NCBI GenBank assembly: GCA_036172245.1
Contig: JAYWIR010000054.1
Location: forward strand, 620,001-684,000
Source of the DNA: Raillietiella orientalis
Lineage: Eukaryota
Direction: 5' to 3'
Length of the DNA: 64,000 bases
Shown: one piece after another, positions 23,901 to 34,956 of the stretch
Layout: every line of letters begins with the position of its first letter
How positions within the stretch are numbered: position 1 is the stretch's first letter
Translations under genes and position numbers: made by a program
The notes under the pieces: generated by a model
What the model saw: only the letters and a program-made list of their open reading frames with translations
Told to the model about the DNA's origin: nothing
Databases searched by the model: none

Positions 23901-25839
23901 TGCCCGTTGGAGTGCGGCGCTGGGGCCTTTCCTCATCTATCCCAGATGTAACCTTCCATCGCGTAACCGGAACTGGATGAAACCCCCTTCGGAAGGGACG
24001 CATCTCCAGAGTGCTGGGAATGCCCCACCCCTCTTCGGGGAGGCAAGCCCCTTTGGAGAAATCGGGAAACGTTCCTTCAGGGTCCTCTTCAGGGGAGGAA
24101 ACGAGGGAGTGGATCCTTTTCGGGGGTCCCCCCTGTCTTGAAAGGAGGTAGCCCCTGCCTTCCCGGGGAGGCCTTCTCGGGCACACTCCCACTCGTAGGG
24201 GAGCGCGCCCGAGAGGCGTCCCTTCGGTGCCGTCCCCCAGGTGAGCGGGCAGACAAGGCGCTGGCGAGCGGCTCTGCCCAAGGACTACGAATCGCTTCCC
24301 ACTCAGTCCTTTCTCGCATCCCCAGCCTCCCCGGGCCGCGTCTCCTAACGGCTTCTCCTCCTCCACTTACCTGTCCCTCTTCGCCGCCCCACTTTCCCTC
24401 CTGTCCCACGGGACGCGTATCCAGCGCAGCCCCAGGACCTCCCCTTCCGGGCCTCGCGTCTTCTGAATCGCAGTGGCAGCTCCCGTCGCACCGAGGGAGG
24501 GGGTGAGCGCTCCCCTGTCCTTGGGCTCCCCTCCCCCCTCTCGCACGTTCGCTGCCTCTCCGCTCGCAGCGGCCGGCCGCTCGTGGAGCCCGGAGCGCGC
24601 AGCTGCCTAGCGGCGCGGCAACGCCAACCGGAAGGGAAGGGGCCGCGCTCTCGAAGCCGATCGCGTGCCACCCGCGGATGCCAGGTGCGTCCCGTTCCCT
24701 CTTCCCCCCTGTCTCCGGGAGGCTGCGTAGGCCGCGGCGCAAGACAGGCGGCGCCGAGCGCCCGCAGGCGCATGCGACGAGGCAGCGGCACGCGCGCGGC
24801 GCGCCACCCGTGACAAAGCTCATTAACTGGAGCGAGCGGGGAGGGGGGGAGAGAATGATTGATGGGGGCTCCTGGGATGTGTGAGGGTGCAAGTGCGGTG
24901 CGGTCGGGGAGAGGCGCCGCCGCTGCCGCTGGAAGAGCATTCGCGTCTTCCACGAGGACGGCGCGGACGCGGAAACCCTGCTGGGGCGAGCTGAAGCTTG
25001 TGGGCTCCCCCCGGCAGGGCTGCCAGGCTCCTTCCCCAAACCGATGAAAGGAGGAAAGAGGGTGCTCCCCTGGATGGCGATCGGACGGTCGAGAACGAAA
25101 AACGCGCACTGGACTCCAGTCTCCTCCTCTTGATCACGTCCACCTCGCCAGCCCATTCCTTTCCCCTGTTGTGTCACCCTGTTAGCAGAGTCTCCTCCCG
25201 GACCAACCCGCAACCGCGCTAGAGGGCCTCGCCCCATCTTCAGTCCCTGGGAAACAGAGGGAGAAGCGGGAGAAGAGGAAGGACGTCCGCAGCAAAGCAG
25301 GACAGCGAAGGTGCGCCGTTTCGAAGGGCGGAGAGGCCGCCTGCTGATCCCTCTCTCCCCTTTTTTCTTTCCTTCCCTTTTTCTTTCTTCCCGAGAGCTC
25401 CGCGCGCCTCCGCTGCTTCCGAGAAGCGCTCCCTCCGCTTCGGAGGGCGCACGCGCGCGATCCGCGGAGCCAGGATTCTCTCCCTCGCGGACGCCGGGAG
25501 GAGTCGCGTCCCTCCGTCCCCACGGGGAAGCGCGGAGTCCCGGGAGACGGTTTCCTCAGATGCCCCGGAGGCATTCGATTTCGAACGAACTTCCCGACTC
25601 CTCTTTCTCCCGCGTTCTGTCCTCCGGCGCTACGGGGCCGGGTGATCAGCGTCCACTCACCTCTTGTAGTCCTCTGGCAGGACCTGTCTGTACACAGCGC
25701 TGATGCACAGGAAGAGGATCAGGAAGACGAGCAGCTCCCTGTAGATGAGCTTGTAGATGCTGCCCTTCCACTTGCGCAGGAGCCTCAGGAATCCTGCGCT
25801 GGTCGACGAGGCGACGTCGTACTGGTAGCTGACGGTCAT
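5960..25839 (-). CDS. BEST: Bestrophin family Ca2+-activated chloride channel, 11 coding exons, 658 aa
   Basis: Exons (minus strand): 25661-25839, 22065-22199, 21417-21583, 19742-19899, 11984-12061, 11415-11567, 11276-11356, 11071-11222, 10501-10619, 6908-7019, 5960-6602. Total 1977 nt with all phases compatible; introns GT-AG except one GC-AG. Motifs: [45 protein letters not shown], Ca2+ clasp [18 protein letters not shown]. The last two exons rest on splice signals and phase only. Confidence 0.95.
8270..9980 (-). mobile_element. Decayed hAT transposase fragments in bestrophin intron 9
   Basis: Protein-like frames with in-frame stops: [19 protein letters not shown] and [12 protein letters not shown] (first catalytic region), and [21 protein letters not shown] (cf. 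FExxSLSxxTxxRRxE+G). They cannot be spliced in phase into bestrophin. Confidence 0.35.
12300..14510 (+). mobile_element. Decayed near full-length hAT transposase (repeat copy B at 13890-14510) in bestrophin intron 4
   Basis: [18 protein letters not shown]...[21 protein letters not shown], then GRLQKKNSV...RKRL...SFPPLK...[15 protein letters not shown], in hAT order. Nucleotide similarity to copies A, C and D. Confidence 0.55.
15200..17330 (-). mobile_element. Decayed near full-length hAT (SPIN/GTF2IRD2-like) transposase in bestrophin intron 4
   Basis: YPFYFL...[10 protein letters not shown] (cf. VSVFKEYNLRR); [15 protein letters not shown]...[13 protein letters not shown] (cf. EGEFVKECLLxxA...FxxVSLSxxT); RAAFLM; IFFSRMQ (cf. 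EQFFSKM). Many stops and frameshifts. Confidence 0.6.
18030..18403. repeat. ~375-bp direct repeat, copy 1 (copy 2 at 20314-20689); contains hAT-like coding remnant on the minus strand
   Basis: Near-identical text from tccgaggactccgaatgcgg to atttctgtgta at both loci. Minus strand reads [16 protein letters not shown] (cf. LDESTDIxDTAQLL). Confidence 0.9.
20314..20689. repeat. ~375-bp direct repeat, copy 2
   Basis: Direct match to 18030-18403. Confidence 0.9.
23730..24200 (-). mobile_element. Repeat copy C; decayed hAT transposase C-terminal fragment in bestrophin intron 1
   Basis: [13 protein letters not shown] on the minus strand. Shares ggttgggt.cgtcgtgggagtttcga..ccccccgcaagatg with 29575-29620. 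Confidence 0.55.
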
Positions 25840-26979
25840 TTTCGGGCAGGTGGCGCCCTTCCGTTGGGGGAGGAGGAGGAGGAAGAGGACAAGGGATCAG
25901 AGGAACAGCGTCCACTCATCCGAGAAGGAAGGAGATTCCTCGTTCGTTCGCCGCGGCCACGCCTCCGCGGAGCGCACCTTCGGGTCCTGGCGCCGCACGC
26001 CGTCGAGGGGTTCCCCCTGCTACCGCCGTTGCTGCCGCGCGCGGTGTATTCGGGTCGCTCGTTCGGGGAGTCCGCACAGCCGTGAGCGCGCGAGCGAGCT
26101 GCGAGGAGGCAGAAACTGCTTCCCTCCTCACCACCAGCAGGTCGGCAGATTAATTCTCCTCCTCACAGGTGCTGACGAGAAATCATTTTTCTCCTCCTGA
26201 GAAAGCATCTGTGGCGCATGTTCTTCGGCAGGCGCAGCGCGAGGCACTGGCAACGGTGGGTTTTTTCCTCCTTGCTTTCCTTCTCTTCTCCGTCTTTCTC
26301 TCTCTTCCTTTTTGTTTTGTTTCTGTTTCGTTTCTCTTTTTCTGTCCCTCCCGCTCTCTCTCTCTCTCTCTTTTTTTTTTCTCCTGCGTGTTTATCTTTT
26401 CTACTGACGCTTCGTCTCCCCGCAACGCGAAGGGCTCCTTCCCTGCAGGTGCGAGCAGGACAGCCAATAGGGACCTCCCCATTGTTGCTCTTTTCAACAA
26501 TGTCCGCGAAAGTGCTCGGTGGGCGGATGTGGACGCGAGACCAACAATTCCGGAAGGCAACAATGCGGAGGACGCGAACGTGGGAGGAGCACCTGCGTCC
26601 CCCTGAGCGGAAGGAGTCTGAAGGGAAGCGCCGGGTGGGGCACGAGCTCTGCAGGGACAGCCGCTCGCTCTTGGCGCGTCTCCGTTGCTCGCGCGCAGAG
26701 ATCCGACATGCTCCCGGAGACAAGGAGGAGGGCAAGACGAAAACCCACCTCCTTTACCCTCGGTCAAGCGTAGGGAGAGGAAAGCTCACCGGGAAAGACG
26801 AAAGGAGCGAGCAAAGAGGGCGGCGGGAGCTCAAGCCTCATCCCTCCCGCAACTCTCGTGCTTGCGTCTTTCTTCTGCATTTTTGCATCTTTCGCCCTCT
26901 CTGTTTTCCTTTTCTTGGGTTTCTGCCGTTTTGATCGCGGCTCCCTCCCCAAGCCCGCGACTCCCGGGAGGGCAGCTGC

Positions 26980-27650
26980 CTACGCATGTAACTCACGTGA
27001 ACGGGAGAGACGAGGAGCCAGGAACTTTCTCCCTTCTCGATGCGCGCTGTCTTCCCTAAGAACTTTAAGGTCGTTATCCCAAAGCATCTCTGCTTTTCTT
27101 GTCCTCTTCCTCCTCGTCCACAATATTCGTGACCCGGGGGGACCTCCGGTTTGCCTTGGGAACCCTTGGGTTGTCCCGAGATGGCGACCCAGTTGCCGAA
27201 GCCTCTCTCTGAAGAAATCAACTCAAACATCGAAGCCAGGCGAGAAGCTGTTTTTTGCCCTGAACTCGACTGACCTTTCAGCTGCGATGGACCACCGGAG
27301 CTCTGGAAGCACGCCATCGTCGGCAGACCTCGTTACTTGCGGAATCCGTCGCCGCACCGCGTGCACCTTATCCGACCCTTATCCCAAAGCGACGACGCAC
27401 CTGACTGCCGCTACCCCTCGCGCCACCACGAGGAACGGCGGCCATCACTCCCGCGACGCCTCCCGAACCCAAGGTCGTTTTCAGTTGACCACCCTCCGGC
27501 CAAACGCCAAAGTCTGCAGCCGGACACCTGGACGGTGAGCGCGGTGCTGCACGGAACAATACCAACTGAGCGTTGTCTTCTCAACTGCCAAGTCCCTCGC
27601 CCACGCCCCCACACATGGATCACGCGGATGGAGGACCGTAGCACTCCCTG
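26980..27650 (+). mobile_element. Possible decayed hAT C-terminal fragment
   Basis: THVTHVNG, LSQSISAFLVLF, VVFSTAK-like remnants in the expected order; weak. Confidence 0.3.
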
Positions 27651-29399
27651 AAACCGGAAGGGCACGCTCCCACTGGGTGCCGCCCATCCCTCCACTGCTC
27701 CCCTCCCCTCGTTTTCGCAGCGGCCACCTCGCCACGTCCTCCCACGGCTCCCACGGCCCGCGATCGACCTTCCGGGAGCGCAGCATTCGGGAGAAGGCGG
27801 AAGTTACAAGCCGGCCATACCTTTGCATACTAAGCGAACCACCTGATCACCCTGTCCTTCGCCCGCCTCTCTCCCGCTTCTGGCATTACTGCCCGCAAGA
27901 CTACTCCACGTATGACCTGATCCAACCCGAGATGCAATCCTCATTAGCCTGAAGATCGGCTCCAGCATCCAGCAGCCTGAGCCTTGGCTCAGATCTCTTC
28001 CTCAACAATAAGAATTCCACCCATCGAAATTCATAGTATCATTATAATTTTAATTAGTAGTAATGGTAACCGCCAGCGTTGGCGCCTCCTCGTCACTCCT
28101 GAATCTGCAAACGGGCTGGACCGTTGGGGTCGTGTCACCCGTTCGGCTCCAGCCTTCACGCGGAAGCTGCGGATGCCCTCGGGCTTCCCCTCCAAGAAGG
28201 ACTGCCCGTTCCCCCCCTTTGACGAGGGATACGAACTTGCGCTTTCCTCAAGGCGGTGCCTCTTCCCAGCTCTCCTCGCCTCTTCTACCGGGCGATCAGA
28301 CAGGTCAGCACCTCAGGTCGCGGGATGTCACCCCAGCTTGCCTCTCGTGTTCGCTTCCGGGATCTAGCGCTATTCGTCTTCGGGGGATATACACCGCTTC
28401 CTCCGTGCATCCCGGTGGTGAACCGTCGAGCAGCCCTCCATCCTCCTCCTCCTCCTCTACCTCGTCCGTCGCTTTTGCCTCCTCAGCAATCGTCGCGACC
28501 CCGTCCGACCTGGGGATCTGGGAACTACACATCTCGCATTGCGCGTGGGATCGCGAGGTGCGGTTGGCGGTCTGCAGCCCGGTGACCCCCCCCACGTAGG
28601 CCTCTTGGCTGCGCAAGTACCGGAAGGAGTCGCTTCTGAGCTGGATGCCGTGGTGCACCAGCTTCCCCCTATTCCTGCCCGCCATCCCCATCTACCAGAC
28701 AGGGGGCAATTCGCCACTTCCAGACGGAGGCATTTTCCCGTCCTCTATGATTTCTTTTCCTTCGAAATTCTGCTCCTCCGCCCAGCATCGGGACGATGGG
28801 CACGAGCGGCTCAACCCCCAGCCGAAACCTCCTGTGCGCTTGTGCTCGCACGAACCCTGGGGCGAAGAGTTGGACCACGCCCACAGGCCCGACTTTCCCT
28901 GACGGAATGGGGGGAGATTCCGCCTGGGAGATCCCGCGAGTAGGGGAGGGATGTCGCCACGCGAAGAACCAATCGGAACTTCATACGGCTACTGCAGAAA
29001 CTCTGTGGGAACCCGGCAAGGGGGAGAAGCATCCCCAGGGGATCTCCATCCTGCCCCTCGGTCAGCCCTGCCGCTCGACCCGCCTCTCCTGGAACTCGGT
29101 CCATGGCTCTACTCAGTCCCGGGATGCGGGGAAGAGGGGAGCAAACGAGGCGTGTGCAGATCGCAGAGGTCATCAGGGTCACGAACTCCTGCTGCCGCGC
29201 CTTCTGGAACGCACTGTATGGCGGAGGAGTCGGCAGGCTCGCTCGGGAGAACCGGGTGGTCGGCATGCTGTAAAGCTACTGGGGTGGAAGACGAGGCGCG
29301 TGCGGATCGACCTCCGTGATTTTCGAAAGGTCCAGACGGAAGGTCCGCCCACCAGCCACGCTCTTGCGGATGTCTTGGCGTCGTCCTCTTCCGCCTCCG

Positions 29400-30900
29400 T
29401 GATTTGCTAAGCGATGCAGCCGTTCGCTCACAGAGGGCGACAGCCGCCGAAATCCGTGGTGGCGGATCGAGTCTCGCCCGCGTTGACGGCCTCCTGAGCC
29501 GCGGTCCTCTCCGCGCGCACGCACGACACCTAGTGGTGTCGCGGGTTCGAATCTTCGCCCGGGGGGAGAGACGGGGTTGGGTGCGTCGTGGGAGTTTCGA
29601 GTTCCCCCCGCAAGATGGCGCTAGCCTGCCCGTTCGAGTGGGACGCTGGTGGAAGCGGCCGGATGCCCCCGTCGACTGACCGGAATTCCAAGTTGACCTC
29701 TCCGGAGTCCTCCAGGAATCAAGGAATTCCAGGATTTCGGTTTCCTTAGGAATTCCATTCTGATTGCGAAGGTGGAGCCATTGCTTCCTTTGGAGGAGGA
29801 CCCTCCGTCGAGCCCCGTGGATCTGGTGGATCGACACCTCTCCAGAGTGGGTTCAAGAAGCACGCTGCTCCCTTCCGGGAGCGTCCTCCAGAGAAAATGG
29901 GAAGCGTCCCTTCAGGGTTCTCTTCAGAGGAAGAGGAAACAAGGGAGCGGATTTTTTCCAGTGGGTTTCTCCCAGGTGTGAGGTAAGAGGACGCTTCCCC
30001 CCTGGAGGAGAGCGGTGGAGATCCGGAGGAATGGAGTGGAATCCCAGCCGCGCAAGAAAATTCCCCTTCTTGCGGAGGGAAGGAGGACCTCCGAGCGGGT
30101 TTAGGGGACCGCAGAACGCAGAACTCCGGGCACCCCAGGCCAAGAGCAAGCGCACGGGAAGTCCCTGACTTCGCCCTGCAGTCTTCCTGCCCTGGTCCAG
30201 ATAGCTGGCTGCTTGGTTCTCCCCGTCTCGTCGGCTCGTACGCTCATGCCTCCCAGCCACGCTGGTTCGCCCTTGCCCTTCTCAGTCCCCTCACTAGTGG
30301 TCGGCTTCTAGGTTCCACTCTGCTTCCGGGATTGGTGCATTCTCCTGACCATTTCTTCAGCACACAGTGAAGAGGAGCACCAAGGGAGAAAGAGCGTAGA
30401 AACCTCCGAGTGGACCACACGTTACCCAGAGTGACCGGGTCGCGCCAGGAGTCCGGATCGGGTCCCACAGAGCTGGCTGGAACCTTCCTGAATTCTCCCG
30501 ATAACTTCTTGGCTGGCGTCTCCGCCTTTCCTCCTCTCCACCTGCGAGCAGCCCGACTTGCCGGACCTCAGAGGGACCCTGGAGGGATCCGGTCATGCCG
30601 GGTCACGTGTGGTCCACTCGGAGGTTTCCACGCGCCTTCCCTCTTGGTACGCCTCCTCTCTGGCCGTTTTCCTCCTTCCGACAAGCAGTGGCAGGAGCCG
30701 CGGAGGAAAGGGGGCGTGGCCGCCCTCCATCCAAGAGAGTCTCCGGCAAAGTTCTCCTTCGAACCGCGACGAAGTGGGGAGCGATGCGATCGGCAGCTTA
30801 AGGACGGCCAATTTCCTCCCCCTTCCGATGCAGTCCCTTGGAAATCACGGCCACTGCCCACTGAGGTGCTTTCGGACTGTAGTGCCCATCCGAACCCCTC
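29400..30900 (-). mobile_element. Repeat copy D; decayed hAT transposase
   Basis: FPLPLKRTLKGRF, RSYRENSGRFQPAL (cf. RxRxLNHRQF), SCHCLS. Nucleotide similarity to copies A-C. Confidence 0.55.
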
Positions 30901-31332
30901 TATGTATTGATTCCGTTCTCCCCTCCCTGGTTCTGTTCCCGGCGAGGTTCTCTCTCCTTCGTTTCGGACCGGCAGATACCTGCTCTCTTTCCTTATTGTA
31001 AAATTGATTTATTTGTTTTCTTGTACTACATAAATGCCCTGGCAACCCAAGATGAGAAGGACGCACCGTGAAGTGCATTCATGAGTAAATAAATAAGCGT
31101 AAGGGATGTGAAATGCACGAGCACCAATTGGCAGGTCAGATGGACGAGGAGACGCGGCCTCTGACGATTTTCTGCTCTCCCTATTTTCTCCCAACCCTCA
31201 CCCAACCTGACTAGATCCACCCTGGGTTCGAGACTCTGAACGCCCTGCCTTCGTGGAAAGCTTGCCGAAACGGAATGCGAGCGAGATTCGAGTAGCCCAG
31301 TCAGGGTTGTCACCCGCCGGGCATACACAACG

Positions 31333-31600
31333 TAATAAATAATATAAAATTACTAATTGATAATATAAAAATAATACAAAAGTTTTATATTATGTAAAGA
31401 TTTTTAAGTAATTAATAATCACCGAATGGAACATGAAAACATGGCATGAAGTACGCATAATAATATCTTTGAGCGAGGGAGGGAAGAGTATCAAAGTGTG
31501 GCCTGCCTTGATTTAAGCATATTAGCAAATACATAATTTTACATAAAATGAAAATCAAAGCCTGGAAAGAACGTACATGTTGTTGAAAAGGCTGAAAATT
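31333..31600. other. Short AT-rich low-complexity island
   Basis: Abrupt switch from GC-rich to A/T-dominated sequence. Confidence 0.7.
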
Positions 31601-32249
31601 CAACTCATTGTTCTTTGTATCCATATATCCCGCAATGTCTCCGTACATTAGCAATTGTATACGCGGAGCAATGGGACGCACCAACACCCCACGCCTTTTT
31701 GCTACAAGCAGACTGCGTTTCAGAAGTGCAGCGTCCGAATTCTCACTTCCGCCTAAGGAGCGTTTTGTTCCAAGACCTCTCTGGGACCTCACCTGCTCTG
31801 CCACTACCTTACTCTACCACTTTCCTTTCCCTTTCGCGAGATGGACAGCTGGGGACACGCATGCCTGGAGCGCATGCTTGGCCTTTCGGCGGTGCAGCAA
31901 GCGGCAGCAGATGCAGGCAGCATCCGTACGCGCGAGTGCTCAGCGCGCGCACTTGAGGGCACGACTTCACCGTTGGTAGCTGGCTACTGAGCTGCCTACT
32001 GATCAGGGAGGGCCGAATGCGGGAAGAGCTTAAAAATGCTTCTCTTCTTTCGCCCTGAGCTTCCAGACTTGCAAGCCGCAAAGCAAGACGTGGGCAATTC
32101 TGAAAGAGCAGGGGCAAAAAAGGTCTGCTGGAAAGGGCTTCACGCAAGGGACCGCCCCTTCGATGGTTCGTGGGCTGAAAACAACCACCCAGTACACGCG
32201 GGGAGGGGGAGGGGGGAAGAAGCAAGTCGTCGTCTCTAGCGCGCACTTC

Positions 32250-33300
32250 AATTTATGGCCAAGAATCTGCATTACTCTTCGAGATCTAGATCACCAGAGT
32301 GACTAGGGGTCGATAAATACTTTTGCTTCGATATCTTCTGGCACCCCATTAAAAGACCCCGACAGTTGGAAGCGCTCAGAAAGGAAGCGGATCGACAGCT
32401 CCTCGGTTAACTGAGGAACGCAACACGCGAGCATTCGCACCCACTTCTTGGATGCCAAAACCATTTGAAGGCCTCGAGACGTAAATATCGATGGACAAAA
32501 GCGAAAGGCGGGGAAGGGGGGATTAAATCGCTTCCAATTTACTGGGATCTGTCCATCCCTGGAATCCCGAAGAATCCGAAATGAATTTCGAAATCGTCGC
32601 GAGTATTTATGGAGCCACGAAGCGAGATCTTTGCAAGAAATGAATTGCCTTCACGAAAGACAAGATGACGTGAGTTTTCTGAGAAGAGACATCCTGGGAT
32701 TTCGTGTCAAATGCAGGCTATTTCTGTTACAATGCCCAAATGGTTGCAGGAGAGGAAGGGGGAGGGAACAATTCAGAGTAGAAGAGTCCTTAACGTCATA
32801 ATTTGGTTGGGATCCTGGATCGCCTGATTTACTGCTTTCCGAAAAGTGTCGCCAGAACTTACTGATAACAGAAAAGATGCGCAGAGGTAATGAGGAAAGG
32901 CGAGCCAGCACCGTCCCCTGAATATAGAGTCCCCTGAATTCCCAATCCATTGGAGGCATCGTTGGGGGATTGGGGGACCTTTCTAAGAGGCGGACGGTTG
33001 AGTGTCTTAGCGAACCCCAAAAAGGTGCGAAAGAGCAACACAATGTTCTTAGGCACCCTCAACAATCCGCATCCTGCAATTCTAGAGATGCAAGAACAAC
33101 TAGCGCGCATCCGTATCACAGAATCAGGGGATTTTGGAAACTGCTGATCCAGATGAAAAAGAAAGCTATATCTTCACTTCCTGACTTCTCCGAAATTTAA
33201 CCGCCAGGAGGCACCTGGCTGACGATGATGGAAGTTTATGCAGAGAAACCTCATCTCCTGCGATCCCTCAGGATTGTGTCCATCGAGGACTGGTCGAAGT
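32250..33300 (+). mobile_element. Decayed hAT transposase C-terminal half
   Basis: SLQEMNCLHERQDDVSFLRRDILGFRVKCRLFLLQCPNG (cf. HLNELNLxLQG+xxxVSxLxxxIxxFKxKLxLFxxQ); upstream RWTK/LNRF; downstream ILEMQ. Confidence 0.55.
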
Positions 33301-33766
33301 GACTTTGAATAGGCGTTACACCCCAAGCCGCCTGTCCTATGAGCAAGGGAATGGCGGTTGCTTCTGGCATGGTAGGATTTATCTTTTTCATTAAGAAAAC
33401 ATTGATGTTTACAGAGAGAATACCTGGGAATTATTTATTCACAGTATATCCTCATTGTTCCCTCAGATCTCTCCAGGCTTCCAGGGTGTCTGTGATTAAA
33501 ACTTTTAATTACTCTTTATTAAGAAAATTAATTACTTCTAAATAATCAAAGCAACGATATACAAACACCAAAAAAGTGAGTTCCTCTTATCCTTCGACTC
33601 TTCGTTACTATGAGGATTACGTTACTGCATGCACTCCAACTCTGGACGCGACGAAAGCCACTTCACAGTCAGAATGACAGCCCTTTCTCCCTTCCCCCCT
33701 CCACTCAGCGTACATACGGAACAGCTCCCCACTTCTTCAGGCGGATGCTCTCCAGTTCACAACGCC

Positions 33767-34956
33767 AACTCCAGAGTGCATTCCGTGAATCTCCTGCGAC
33801 AGAGGTCGCAGGCGGAGGCTGAGAAGGAGACTTCCGTAAAGCACGCATGCCAGCAAAGAATCTCAAGCGAATCTCATCTTTGGATCAGCGTTTCGCTCGC
33901 GTGCAACGAATAAACGCAGTGCAGTTTAGAAATGCTACAGGGCGAGCCACTGGAAACCGGCCTTGCTCAAGTACGGCAACACGACGTGACGTCAAGGCGA
34001 GCAATCGGCATAGCTGTCTGCAATGCAATCCAAAAATGGAAAGTGAACGGCTTGAAAACCGTCCCTCTCCAAGTACCGAAGTCTCTCCTTGTTCCCCTTT
34101 CCTCACCCTATGCGTGGGCACCCTCCCTTTGGTCGCAAGGCCGGGTTTGAGGAGGGCCGGCGTGAAGCCGTCCACCGTGTATTTTTAGGTTGCATTGTTG
34201 GATGACATGCTGATCGTGCACGCTGACGTCACGCCCCGGAGCCGGACTCGAGGCGGCCCGATCGGAAGCCGCTCACCGTGTATTTTTAGGTCACATTGTT
34301 GGATGACATGCTGATCGTGCACGCTGACGTCACGCCGCGGAGCCGGACTCGAGGCGGCCCGATTGGAAGCCGCTCACCGTGTATTTTTAGGTCGCATTGT
34401 TGGATGACATGCTGATCGTGCACGCTGACGTCACGCCCCGGAGCCGGACTCGAGGCGGCCCGATCGGAAGCCGCTCACCGTGTATTTTTAGGTCACATTG
34501 TTGGATGACATGCTGATCGTGCACGCTGACGTCACGCCGCGGAGCCGGACTCGAGGCGGCCCGATTGGAAGCCGCTCACCGTGTATTTTTAGGTCGCATT
34601 GTTGGATGACATGCTGATCGTGCACGCTGACGTCACGCCCCGGAGCCGGACTCGAGGCGGCCCGATCGGAAGCCGCTCACCGTGTATTTTTAGGACGCAT
34701 TGTTGTCCGCCGTGCCTATCGCGCACGCTGTCGTCACGTCGTGCTGCCGTACTTGAGCAAGGCCGGTTTCCAGTGGCTCGCCCTGTAGCGTTTCTAAACT
34801 GCACTGCGTTTATTCGTTGCACGCGAGCGAAACGCTGATCCAAAGATGAGATTCGCTTGAGATTCTTTGCTGGCATGCGTGCTTTACGGAAGTCTCCTTC
34901 TCAGCCTCCGCCTGCGACCTCCGTCGCAGGGGATTCGCGGAACGCACTCTGGAGTT
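33767..34956. repeat. Long inverted repeat: 225-bp arms (33767-33991 and 34732-34956) enclosing a tandem array
   Basis: The arms are reverse complements with 6 mismatches counted by eye. The identical ORF peptides PAKNLKRISSLDQRF.. on opposite strands confirm this. Confidence 0.97.
34173..34677. repeat. Tandem array, 5 x 101 bp plus a degenerate sixth unit; each unit contains TGACGTCA
   Basis: Unit starts (caccgtgtattttt) at 34173, 34274, 34375, 34476, 34577 and 34678. Confidence 0.97.

Noticed and set aside
24060..24110. KRTLKERF as a Penelope GIY-YIG motif
   Set aside because: No YIG motif upstream, and the surrounding motifs fit the hAT FP.LK region better.
3543..30900. Numerous 100-380 aa ORFs on both strands of the GC-rich domain
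   Set aside because: Expected from high GC, antisense shadows and low-complexity tracts. They are Arg/Pro/Ser-rich with no recognisable domains.
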